20,000 bases of DNA from an uncultured virus (IMG/VR IMGVR_UViG_3300031733_000001) (Duplodnaviria > Heunggongvirae > Uroviricota > Caudoviricetes), in IMG/VR virus record IMGVR_UViG_3300031733_000001; one strand, 5' to 3'. Below the pieces are notes generated by a model. It was given only the letters and a program-made list of their open reading frames with translations, had not been told where the DNA came from and made no database searches. This document shows, piece by piece, positions 7,485 through 14,854 of this stretch. Each line of letters begins with the position of its first letter. Positions within the stretch are counted from its first letter, which is position 1. Position numbers and translations under genes: made by a program.

Positions 7485-7492
7485 CTTATACC
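7485..7492 (-). promoter_or_regulatory. putative phage promoter core GGTATAAG with no clear downstream gene
   Basis: CTTATACC 7485-7492 overlaps the TAA of the upstream ORF; followed by AAGGAGG without a well-spaced start codon. Confidence 0.5.
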
Positions 7493-7782
7493 TCGATCCT
7501 CCCTGTCCCTTCACACCTGGAGCAGCAACGGTCGCCCACGAAGCCACCCTTGCAGCTCTTGCACTTCACGTACTTCCTGGGTGGCTCCACGCGCACCTCG
7601 CGCTTCTCCCACGGCATGACGCACAACAGCTTGATGAACTCGACTTGATCTGGAGCCATGGACTTGGCGATCTTCTCAGCCTCCTCAGCCGTCTTGAAGG
7701 GGCCTGACCACCGGTCGGCGGCCCGGCCTTCGTTGAACCACCACCCGACCGGCATACCCTGGATGATGTGGGGCTCACCCAT
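7486..7782 (-). CDS. hypothetical protein with C-terminal DnaJ-type zinc-finger repeats (98 aa)
   Basis: ATG 7782 overlaps the thyX end; CKSCKGG...CSRCEGTG. Confidence 0.75.
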   Translation of the reverse strand: MGEPHIIQGMPVGWWFNEGRAADRWSGPFKTAEEAEKIAKSMAPDQVEFIKLLCVMPWEKREVRVEPPRKYVKCKSCKGGFVGDRCCSRCEGTGRIEV

Positions 7783-9595
7783 CGACGATCGTCCTTTCGA
7801 GCTGAGGGAGCGTAGACAGCTTCTTGATGATTTGGTCAAGCAGCTCGCTGTCGATCGCTGCCGCGGGCTCCGTCTCACCACGCATGGCACCGCGCACGCC
7901 GTTCAAGATAGACCACACCGCGTGGCGCTCCTTGTTGGAGAGCGTGGCGGCGTAGAGACGGTGCTCCTCGAACGCCTTGAAGGCCATCGGAGCCACGTCC
8001 TTGGCCAGCTCGTACATCTTGTTGGCGTACTGCCTGATCTCCCACTGGGCGTGGGGGTGGAGGCGCAGGCCGCAGAAGTGGAAGAAGTTGTGCAGATCGA
8101 TCTTCCAGAACCACTCCGTGTAGGCAGCAAGCGGGAGGTTGAGCCGGGCGAGCTCGTTGGCCAGGCCAGTGTCGGCGAGCCAGGCGTAGTCGTCCCAGGC
8201 CACCCGCTGACCCTCCTCGAACCGCTTCTGGATCAACTCCTTCAGCTCGATCTCGAGGCCGCCCTCGGTGCCCTGCTTGTTGCTCTTGCCCTTGCCACCC
8301 ATGCGCCCGTAGCCGGGCACGTAGCTCTCACTCGGGAGAAGGCGGTAGCGTCCGCTCATCTCGTTGAGCGAGGCCGTGCGGTGGCGCACCCACTGGCGGG
8401 CCACGAAGATGGGCATGCGCGCCCGAAACACCAGCTCCACCTGCTCGAATGGGCTCGTGTTCCCACAGACGAAGGCGAACTTGTCCGCTCCGCCACGCAC
8501 CATCAGCAGCCCAGTGGAGCTGGTAGCACAGTAGACCTTGCCCTTGTAGTACCTCTTGCTGAAGTACTCCTTCCTCGCCTCCAGAGACGTACGCTCACCG
8601 TGATAAGCGGTGGACCCAATCGATGTCCGGTGAGCGTCCGTCCCCAGCAGAGCGGAAAGCACCTCAAACAGATCGAGGAGCTTCTCAGAGGAACTGGAGA
8701 ACTGCGTCTGCGGCCGGTCATCTTTCTCCGAACCATCCGAATTGATCAGGCCGTCGTACAGCCCGATGACCTCTCCGTGGTCCAGCAGATGGACAGTATC
8801 CAGAGGGAAGTTCTTGTCCTTCGCGCGGAGGGTGACGTCGATGTACCCCTTCATCCATTCGGGGGTCCTGATGGTGAAGACGACCGCGTCCGAGTAGGTG
8901 GAAGATTGTCGTTCATCCCACTTCGCCTCCACCTTCTTGAGCAGATCCCTGAGATAGACTTTCTTCCGCTCCTTCCGGATGTGGAAAGTGATCGTATTCA
9001 GGCTGCCGTAGCTCCCATCCCCCAGGTAGAAGCCGATGAACTGCATCTTCGGGTCAGTCTTCGTGTCAAACTGCACCCAGTGATAGCCCTTCAGAGGATC
9101 GAAGTGACCCCACTTCGACATGTTGTGCGCTCTGAAGATGTCGAACTCGGACTGTCCACGGGGCCTGAACCACATCCGATGGTCATCAGTCACGCAAAAG
9201 GACATCCTCTGGTTCTCGTAGGCAATCATCTCCTCATCCGCGTCGAATACCTCGAGCTGAAGCAGCTCACGTTTGAGGGTCCGGTTCTTCGGGTCTGGTA
9301 CCAGGAAAACCTCCTCCCCCTCGCACTCGTCCCACTGCTTCCAGCCCTTGATCGTCAGGACCTGCATTGTGGGGTGGTAGCAATGGCGGTTGGCCATCAT
9401 GTAGTTGATGATCCGCTTGATCCCCTTCTTGGTCTTCTTCTCCGCCTCGACCTCGTCGATGCTGGAAACCCAAGCCGCCTCGGCGATGCGCTGGTCCCCA
9501 CCCATGTAGTCGACCAGGCAGACGAAGCCGTGATCAAGTACCTGGTGTTTGACTCCCAGGTTGCTGTCAGCCCTCTTGTTGGTGGTGTGTCCCAT
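7775..9595 (-). CDS. thyX: flavin-dependent thymidylate synthase ThyX, intein-containing precursor (606 aa; 298 aa after splicing)
   Basis: AAGGAG RBS and ATG 9595; VLDHGFVCLVDYMGGD, H|TSPFE, MPIFVARQWVRHRTASLNEMSGRY (RHRx7S motif), ELARLNLP, LRLHPHAQWEIR. Confidence 0.97.
   Translation of the reverse strand: MGHTTNKRADSNLGVKHQVLDHGFVCLVDYMGGDQRIAEAAWVSSIDEVEAEKKTKKGIKRIINYMMANRHCYHPTMQVLTIKGWKQWDECEGEEVFLVPDPKNRTLKRELLQLEVFDADEEMIAYENQRMSFCVTDDHRMWFRPRGQSEFDIFRAHNMSKWGHFDPLKGYHWVQFDTKTDPKMQFIGFYLGDGSYGSLNTITFHIRKERKKVYLRDLLKKVEAKWDERQSSTYSDAVVFTIRTPEWMKGYIDVTLRAKDKNFPLDTVHLLDHGEVIGLYDGLINSDGSEKDDRPQTQFSSSSEKLLDLFEVLSALLGTDAHRTSIGSTAYHGERTSLEARKEYFSKRYYKGKVYCATSSTGLLMVRGGADKFAFVCGNTSPFEQVELVFRARMPIFVARQWVRHRTASLNEMSGRYRLLPSESYVPGYGRMGGKGKSNKQGTEGGLEIELKELIQKRFEEGQRVAWDDYAWLADTGLANELARLNLPLAAYTEWFWKIDLHNFFHFCGLRLHPHAQWEIRQYANKMYELAKDVAPMAFKAFEEHRLYAATLSNKERHAVWSILNGVRGAMRGETEPAAAIDSELLDQIIKKLSTLPQLERTIVDG
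8459..9382 (-). mobile_element. intein with LAGLIDADG homing endonuclease (308 aa) in thyX
   Basis: Begins CYHP (Cys1); block B VTDDH; LAGLIDADG motifs FIGFYLGDGS and YDGLINSDGS; block F YKGKVYC; ends VCGN followed by Thr+1; removal restores NRH-TSPFE. Confidence 0.95.
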
Positions 9596-9944
9596 ATAGC
9601 TTCTCCTTCTCGTCCAGGAACTGGTTTCTCGCTTCGTCCGTTCGTAGGAGGATCCTGAGACCTTCTGTACAGGCGCCGTCCGGTTGTGCGCAGATCTCAC
9701 AACCAGCCAGGTGGGAACGCCACTTCATGCCCCACCGATTCCACCTGCGGAACTTGCGCAGATACGGGATCTTCCTCCCTCGCTTGAGGGCCTCTTTCAA
9801 GGTGGTGTCCCGGATGTTGCCCAGGATGAACACCTCTGGGTGGTCTCTCGCCGCATCCTTGCACGCTGGACAGGGGATGATGTCGCCAGTCGGCAAGACC
9901 TCCAGCTTGGTCACGCCGGCGTTGCAGATGTGTTCGTCCCCCAT
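9567..9944 (-). CDS. stand-alone SPASM/twitch-like Fe-S binding domain protein (125 aa)
   Basis: ATG 9944 overlaps the radical SAM TGA; CNAG...LPTGDIIPC (Cx12Gx4C), ILGNIRDTTLKE, later CEIC-x6-C. Confidence 0.8.
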   Translation of the reverse strand: MGDEHICNAGVTKLEVLPTGDIIPCPACKDAARDHPEVFILGNIRDTTLKEALKRGRKIPYLRKFRRWNRWGMKWRSHLAGCEICAQPDGACTEGLRILLRTDEARNQFLDEKEKLYGTHHQQEG

Positions 9945-10753
9945 CAGATGTCGAGTCCGGCTTCTGTGGGCACCTCGATGCCCACGATCTTCTTGATGCT
10001 CTCCTTCCACTTGACCAGGGAATGGTCCTTCAGCCGTCGATACAGCTCGTGGATGGCGTCATCGTTCCAGGCCCCCTCGAGGAAGTTGGCGGCGTTGATG
10101 GCCGCCGGGGGAGCCTTGTTGATCTTCAACCTCGCCGCAGCATGGTTCATCTTCCCGATCCAGATGGCGTCGGTGATGTAGGGGTAGAAGGTGTCCACCG
10201 CCTGGATGGTGCTGGGGATGTCTGGGCAGAGCAGGGGCTCCATGCTCACGCTGGTCTTGAAGCCGGCGCGCTCGGCATAGACCAGACAGAAGATGCGCTC
10301 GGCGACCGTGGGAGCGAAGGGCTCCCACATACCCAGCACGCTGGGATCGATGCTGCCGATAGTGAACCGGAACAAGATCTGATCCTCATAGCCCTCCACC
10401 GCCCTGGTGAGCTGCTCGATCACCTCCGGGTGCGGCTTGGACACCACCAGCACCCTGTTCCCCACCCTCAGCAGGCTCTGGAGCACGGCGATGGTGTACT
10501 TCATGTTGCCGGGCGTGAGATCGTGCTGGGTGGGGAACATCACGGTCCCCTCTCGCTTGCCGAACCGCTTGTGGATCTTGTCCGGAATGGGCTTATCGTT
10601 CGTCCAGTCCTCGGTGTCCTTGGTCTTGGTGCGGCCGGAGGCTGTGGCACGTGCGTAGCAGTACCAGCAGCCATTGGAGCAGCCGCTCATGCAGTTGACG
10701 GACGAGTGGGACCACTCCCTGGTCCCGCTCACCCCTTTCTTCGTCTCAGCCAT
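9944..10753 (-). CDS. radical SAM protein, SPL-like/DUF5131-like (269 aa)
   Basis: GGAGG RBS, ATG 10753; NCMSGCSNGCWYCYA (CxxxCxxC), VLVVSKP, FRFTIGS, SMEPLL. Confidence 0.88.
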   Translation of the reverse strand: MAETKKGVSGTREWSHSSVNCMSGCSNGCWYCYARATASGRTKTKDTEDWTNDKPIPDKIHKRFGKREGTVMFPTQHDLTPGNMKYTIAVLQSLLRVGNRVLVVSKPHPEVIEQLTRAVEGYEDQILFRFTIGSIDPSVLGMWEPFAPTVAERIFCLVYAERAGFKTSVSMEPLLCPDIPSTIQAVDTFYPYITDAIWIGKMNHAAARLKINKAPPAAINAANFLEGAWNDDAIHELYRRLKDHSLVKWKESIKKIVGIEVPTEAGLDI

Positions 10754-10754
10754 T

Positions 10755-11045
10755 TCAGTCCTCCGGTAGTCTGTTGATGTGAACCCCCAAGCACTCGTGG
10801 ACCATCGTGTCGAGATCACCGATGCATCTGCAGCCGTAGTCCTCCCTGATCTGCTCACACTCCTTGCAGTTCTTCACGGTGAACCATGATCCGTCGCACC
10901 GGCCCGTGTGGACATGATAGTGATCCCCCCTCTTGATGTCAGCCCCACACTCGTCGCACTTGTGGCCCTTGCGCGCCTTGCGGATCTTGGTCCTGTGGAC
11001 GGTGATCGGCTCGAGATCTAGATCACAGGGGCAGCTAGCTTCCAT
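10755..11045 (-). CDS. phage zinc-finger protein (96 aa)
   Basis: GGAGG RBS; KARKGHKCDECGADIKRGDHY...CKEC. Confidence 0.8.
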   Translation of the reverse strand: MEASCPCDLDLEPITVHRTKIRKARKGHKCDECGADIKRGDHYHVHTGRCDGSWFTVKNCKECEQIREDYGCRCIGDLDTMVHECLGVHINRLPED

Positions 11046-11301
11046 ATGGTGCCTCCGTGTACTTGTGGAGAGACTGTGGGTGCTGGTAGCGGTGCATGGA
11101 GTTGAGCCCCTTCAGGTCCTCCTCCGTCACACCATCCATGTCCGACAGGCCCACCCACACCCATGCTTGAACGTACACACCGTCATCCGGGGGCTCCCCG
11201 ACGCTGGGCATGGCGTTGTCGTCGATCTCGATGAAGCCCTCGTTCTGGTAGGTAGCGCGTGCGGCTTCGATCACACACTCCATCGTCTCCTTCTTAGTCA
11301 C
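11035..11301 (-). CDS. acidic hypothetical protein (88 aa)
   Basis: Overlaps both neighbours in operon fashion; GVYVQAWVWV. Confidence 0.7.
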   Translation of the reverse strand: MTKKETMECVIEAARATYQNEGFIEIDDNAMPSVGEPPDDGVYVQAWVWVGLSDMDGVTEEDLKGLNSMHRYQHPQSLHKYTEAPYGS

Positions 11302-11506
11302 GGATGACCCTCACAGTCCCAACGGTGTTGCCGTTGATGTCGAGCAGTTTGTCGTCACTCTCCAGGGCCTCACAGATGCAACGCCCATCCCGCTCGAGCT
11401 GAGCATAGACCTTTCCCAGCGCGGTCGTTAAGATACGGGGTAGCTCGACCTCCAGATTGTCATGCAAAGCCGCATCGTCGCAGTTGATCTCGATCTTGAT
11501 CTTCAT
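11294..11506 (-). CDS. hypothetical phage protein (70 aa)
   Basis: GGAGG RBS, ATGA overlap; LLDINGNTVGTV C-terminus. Confidence 0.8.
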   Translation of the reverse strand: MKIKIEINCDDAALHDNLEVELPRILTTALGKVYAQLERDGRCICEALESDDKLLDINGNTVGTVRVIRD

Positions 11507-11787
11507 TCGATGTCCTCCACTACAGCTGATGCTACATAGCGGTCGGTGATGCGTACAGTCTTCTTCCTGCTCAGAGAGCCTCTGAGCAGCTTCATCAGAT
11601 CTGCGTCTTCCATCTCTTCCAGCATGCTCTGCGCCTGATCGCTGGTATCAATGGGGCCGATGTGAACTAGATAGTCGGTCTCGACCGTCTCGGTGATGGT
11701 CACACGCACAGGGCTGAGCACGTAGTCCTCCGCCCTCAGACCCCTTGCAGGGTCCAGCTCATTCGACGGAACGATCTTTGTCTTCAT
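11503..11787 (-). CDS. hypothetical protein (94 aa)
   Basis: AAAGGAG RBS, ATG 11787. Confidence 0.75.
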   Translation of the reverse strand: MKTKIVPSNELDPARGLRAEDYVLSPVRVTITETVETDYLVHIGPIDTSDQAQSMLEEMEDADLMKLLRGSLSRKKTVRITDRYVASAVVEDIE

Positions 11788-11923
11788 CCGCCTGCTCCTT
11801 TACCCGCCTCTTGTACTCGTCGCTCGTGCAGTACGGAACGGCGTCCTGGTGCGAAGCCCAGCAGTTGTCGCACGCCTTCTCGTCCCCCTCATGCGGGCAG
11901 GGCACGGGCCAGTTTTGATCCAT
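11759..11923 (-). CDS. small Cys-rich protein (54 aa) absent from the ORF track
   Basis: AAGGGAG then ATG 11923; MDQNWPVPCPHEGDEKACDNCWASHQDAVPYC...; fills the gap between 11787 and 11889. Confidence 0.55.
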   Translation of the reverse strand: MDQNWPVPCPHEGDEKACDNCWASHQDAVPYCTSDEYKRRVKEQADEDKDRSVE

Positions 11924-12299
11924 CTCTCAAAGACTCCCTTCTGTACCAGCGTTCGACGCGCTCGTTGTCCATGCCGGAGTTGTAGGTCACTTCGATCACG
12001 TTGTTGTGCGGGAACATGGTGCGGAGATACTTGTCCACGGGGAGGGCCTCCTCCAGGTAGGCGTCGTGGACCAGCCCATCCATGAATAGGACGGCATGGC
12101 ACCTCCACCCGACCACCTGGACGCATGAGGGGTGGAGATCACCCAGGTAGGGCACGTCCATGTACATGATCTCCGCCCGTGCTTCCCTCTCGGGCCCGAG
12201 CCACTTCAGGATGTCGTCCACCAGCTCGAGACAGTAGCCATCGTAGTCTTCCAGATCCTCGCCCTTCTCTTCGAGAAACTTTCGGGCTAGGTTAACCAT
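11889..12299 (-). CDS. hypothetical protein (136 aa)
   Basis: AAAGGAG RBS; GYC...W.CHAV....VHD arrangement faintly like a Cys-His-Asp triad (unverified). Confidence 0.75.
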   Translation of the reverse strand: MVNLARKFLEEKGEDLEDYDGYCLELVDDILKWLGPEREARAEIMYMDVPYLGDLHPSCVQVVGWRCHAVLFMDGLVHDAYLEEALPVDKYLRTMFPHNNVIEVTYNSGMDNERVERWYRRESLRDGSKLARALPA

Positions 12300-12313
12300 T
12301 CTACGTCTCCTTT

Positions 12314-12940
12314 CTATGGATCAATCGGCAGATTCGGTTCGTAGAAGTAGGGGCTCCCCGGTAGTTTGGCCCTCCCACGCTTCAGGACTCCTGCGTCAGT
12401 CAAATAGTCAAGGATGCCCTTCAATTCATTGCGGCTGAGTCGTGCATTCCATGAAGCACGCATCTGATCTAATACCCCGTTGATCGTATGTCCCTCTCCT
12501 ACGTACTCATAGATGACAGATTCTAATTCTCCTAGCCTGTACCCGTTCACAATGAGTGTGCCCGACTCCAACAAGTGCGGAAATTCTTCCAGCAGACGAT
12601 CAACAAAGACCAAGAACTCATTGGGATCAAGCACAGCTGCAGAAATGAACTTTAGATGGGTTCCCGAACTGGAAGTCAGCAACTCCAAGCTCTTGGATAT
12701 CCTCGCTAGTTGTGTCCTGATGTCCGGTGCGGCTCTGTGAGAGCGTCTCACCTTGAGTTCTAGTGGTATTTCGACATCAATTTCTCGGCCCTCTAAGATC
12801 TTGATGATGTCTTGGCTCTTCATCCTCGAGACAGCCCGATTAGTGGGTCGGTCCTCGAGAGGACCGGTCTGGAGTATGAGCCATCGAAGCTCAAGCCGGG
12901 TGCAACCTTCCAGATATCCTCTCGTCAGCTTGCTACCCAT
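12314..12940 (-). CDS. hypothetical protein with lower GC and possible C-terminal wHTH (208 aa)
   Basis: ATG 12940 overlaps the upstream gene end; LSRNELKGILDYLTDAGVLKR. Confidence 0.7.
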   Translation of the reverse strand: MGSKLTRGYLEGCTRLELRWLILQTGPLEDRPTNRAVSRMKSQDIIKILEGREIDVEIPLELKVRRSHRAAPDIRTQLARISKSLELLTSSSGTHLKFISAAVLDPNEFLVFVDRLLEEFPHLLESGTLIVNGYRLGELESVIYEYVGEGHTINGVLDQMRASWNARLSRNELKGILDYLTDAGVLKRGRAKLPGSPYFYEPNLPIDP

Positions 12941-13172
12941 CCCACACCTCTTGGATCGCCCTGTAGATGTGCCAGCCACGCTGGGTGAGGCGCAGGTTGG
13001 TCTTCCTCTTGCCGATGAACCCGGCCCGGTGCAGGCCCTCCAGGGCCTGGTTGAGGAAGCCGAACTTGATGTCAGGCAGACACTCCTCCAGGTCGGAGAA
13101 GTTCATGCGAGAGCCCTTGCCGTTGGTGTTACGCGCCACCACCAGCAGGATCTTGATCTGGTTAGGGGTCAT
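12933..13172 (-). CDS. small winged-helix DNA-binding protein (79 aa)
   Basis: GGAGG RBS; TPNQIKILL...MNFSDL...LNQALEGLHRAGFI...LRLTQRG is a MarR/HxlR-like pattern. Confidence 0.75.
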   Translation of the reverse strand: MTPNQIKILLVVARNTNGKGSRMNFSDLEECLPDIKFGFLNQALEGLHRAGFIGKRKTNLRLTQRGWHIYRAIQEVWDG

Positions 13173-13404
13173 CGGTCCTCCGATCTTCCACGGCTGGGAT
13201 CACGAAATGCTGCTTCAGATCTTCCAAGATGGCGTCCTCAGTCTCGCCCCAGATGATGGTGAAGGACATCGGCAGGTGCGTGTCCTCTGGCCCCTTGAAG
13301 ACAGGTCGGCCTTTCTTCAGCTCCTCGATGTTCTTGTTGGTCAGGCCGATGACCAGGAGAGGGATCCCTCCTCTGCTAGTGGTATGTGCCAAGATCATGT
13401 TCAC
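13162..13404 (-). CDS. hypothetical protein (80 aa)
   Basis: AGGAG near start; LLVIGLTNKNIEELKKGRP. Confidence 0.75.
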   Translation of the reverse strand: MNMILAHTTSRGGIPLLVIGLTNKNIEELKKGRPVFKGPEDTHLPMSFTIIWGETEDAILEDLKQHFVIPAVEDRRTDDP

Positions 13405-13406
13405 TC

Positions 13407-13850
13407 CTAGGGCAGATCTTCGAGGATGGCTCGGCGCTCCTCCTCGACTTTCTGCAGATCGATCTCGAAGTACTCGGCCAACAGCTGCTCGTGAGAGAAG
13501 TGCACAGGCATCAACTCACCGTTGCGTAGCCCGCAGACCATCTCCACGTCCCCCTCCTCGTCCCCCTCGAAGCGGGCCACCCGCTCGAGACAGCCGTCAT
13601 CATGCTCGTGCTCTTCACAGAACACCCAGCCCTTCACCTCCCTGAGCCAGTCGATGAATCGGCCGATCTCTTGGCTCTTGTCCTTAGCCTTGGCCATCTT
13701 CGCCAACTCGGGCAGCCCGTCGATGGTTGCCAGGCAGGCGGCACAGGTCACGTTGTCAGCGTTCCTGGTAGAGTCACCATCCTCGTAGTCCCTGCCGCAA
13801 CCCAGTTTCTCGCTCTTGTAGGGATCCCACCAGTGCATCTTCCTACTCAT
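13407..13850 (-). CDS. hypothetical protein with N-terminal His/Cys zinc motif (147 aa)
   Basis: GGAGG RBS; H...CG...VTCAAC. Confidence 0.8.
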   Translation of the reverse strand: MSRKMHWWDPYKSEKLGCGRDYEDGDSTRNADNVTCAACLATIDGLPELAKMAKAKDKSQEIGRFIDWLREVKGWVFCEEHEHDDGCLERVARFEGDEEGDVEMVCGLRNGELMPVHFSHEQLLAEYFEIDLQKVEEERRAILEDLP

Positions 13851-14061
13851 CGTTCACCTCCCTTGCGATCACCTCGACGTTGCGGTGGATGAAGTTGTCC
13901 TCGTCGCGCATGAGCTGCGCAGAGAACATGGTTTCGCTGTAGTCCTCCGGCAGGGTGTACTCGTGGTCCTGCTCGATCAGCACGCCAGGTGCGAAACCCT
14001 CCTTGAACACCTTGTCGCAGTCCTTGAGCTTGAGGACCATCCGAATCGTCTTTTTGATCAT
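13843..14061 (-). CDS. hypothetical protein (72 aa)
   Basis: AAGGAG RBS, ATG 14061 in ATGA overlap. Confidence 0.75.
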   Translation of the reverse strand: MIKKTIRMVLKLKDCDKVFKEGFAPGVLIEQDHEYTLPEDYSETMFSAQLMRDEDNFIHRNVEVIAREVNDE

Positions 14062-14441
14062 CGGCTCTCCTTCACGTGTTGCCAACAGAGGTGCCTGGGA
14101 CCGGTGGTGGCTTTGTGGATCACTTTCCCACAGGTGATACACTCCACGTGGTAACGAATTCTCCCACTGTGGACTCCTCGCGCGGGTGTGGGCCACACCC
14201 GCAGAGCATGGCCTCTCAGACTGAACGTGACCTCATCTTCTGGCCCATCGTTTCCGTATACGTTCTTGGCGACTGGCCAGGGGATTCCCTCGAACTCGGC
14301 GGCCTTCACTGGTGAGGGAGTCTCTTGTTGCAGCAGGATGGCTGCTTGTCTGAGGCAATCCCTATCATGATTGCGGAACATCTGGTCCGCCTCGCTGGCG
14401 TACTTGCGCACCACTGCGATGATCTCTTTCCTGGTCTTCAC
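14058..14441 (-). CDS. hypothetical protein with C-terminal CxxC/His motif (127 aa)
   Basis: Start overlaps the upstream stop; RYHVECITCGKVIH...H. Confidence 0.75.
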   Translation of the reverse strand: MKTRKEIIAVVRKYASEADQMFRNHDRDCLRQAAILLQQETPSPVKAAEFEGIPWPVAKNVYGNDGPEDEVTFSLRGHALRVWPTPARGVHSGRIRYHVECITCGKVIHKATTGPRHLCWQHVKESR

Positions 14442-14671
14442 TAGATCACCTTCACTTTCTTGCCGTAGCTGGTGATCTCCAGCATGTTGCAGATGTTCCG
14501 TGGCTTGCCGTCGATGTAGGCCACTGCATCGTCTCCCACCACCATCTCTTCACCCACCCCCATGAACGATACGATCTGCCCGTCCACATGGAACTTGCCG
14601 TCCGGGTCTTGATCGACACCGAAGGTACGGAGGACGTGCATCAGCTCGCTGTTGCTACCGATCCAGCCCAT
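14441..14671 (-). CDS. hypothetical protein (76 aa)
   Basis: GAGGAGG RBS, ATG 14671. Confidence 0.75.
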   Translation of the reverse strand: MGWIGSNSELMHVLRTFGVDQDPDGKFHVDGQIVSFMGVGEEMVVGDDAVAYIDGKPRNICNMLEITSYGKKVKVI

Positions 14672-14854
14672 CTAGTCCTCCTCTCTGAGTCTGATCTTCT
14701 GGATGTAGCGGATACGCTCATCGAGTTCCCGCAGATTCTCGCACACGCAGTCCATGCTACGTCCCCGCTCCTTCCACTCCACCAAGTAGCCTGTCCAACG
14801 TGTGACCTTGATCTGCGATCCCTCGGCCTTCTTCTTCAGACGCTTGAAACTCAT
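14672..14854 (-). CDS. small basic hypothetical protein (60 aa)
   Basis: GGAGG RBS, TGATG coupling. Confidence 0.7.
   Translation of the reverse strand: MSFKRLKKKAEGSQIKVTRWTGYLVEWKERGRSMDCVCENLRELDERIRYIQKIRLREED

Noticed and set aside
7658..9658. 666-aa plus-strand ORF
   Set aside because: Antisense shadow of thyX and its intein, expected from GC-rich codon bias; no RBS or recognisable motifs
9596..9700. N-terminal extension of thyX in the ORF track
   Set aside because: Lies within the SPASM gene; the AAGGAG RBS points to ATG 9595
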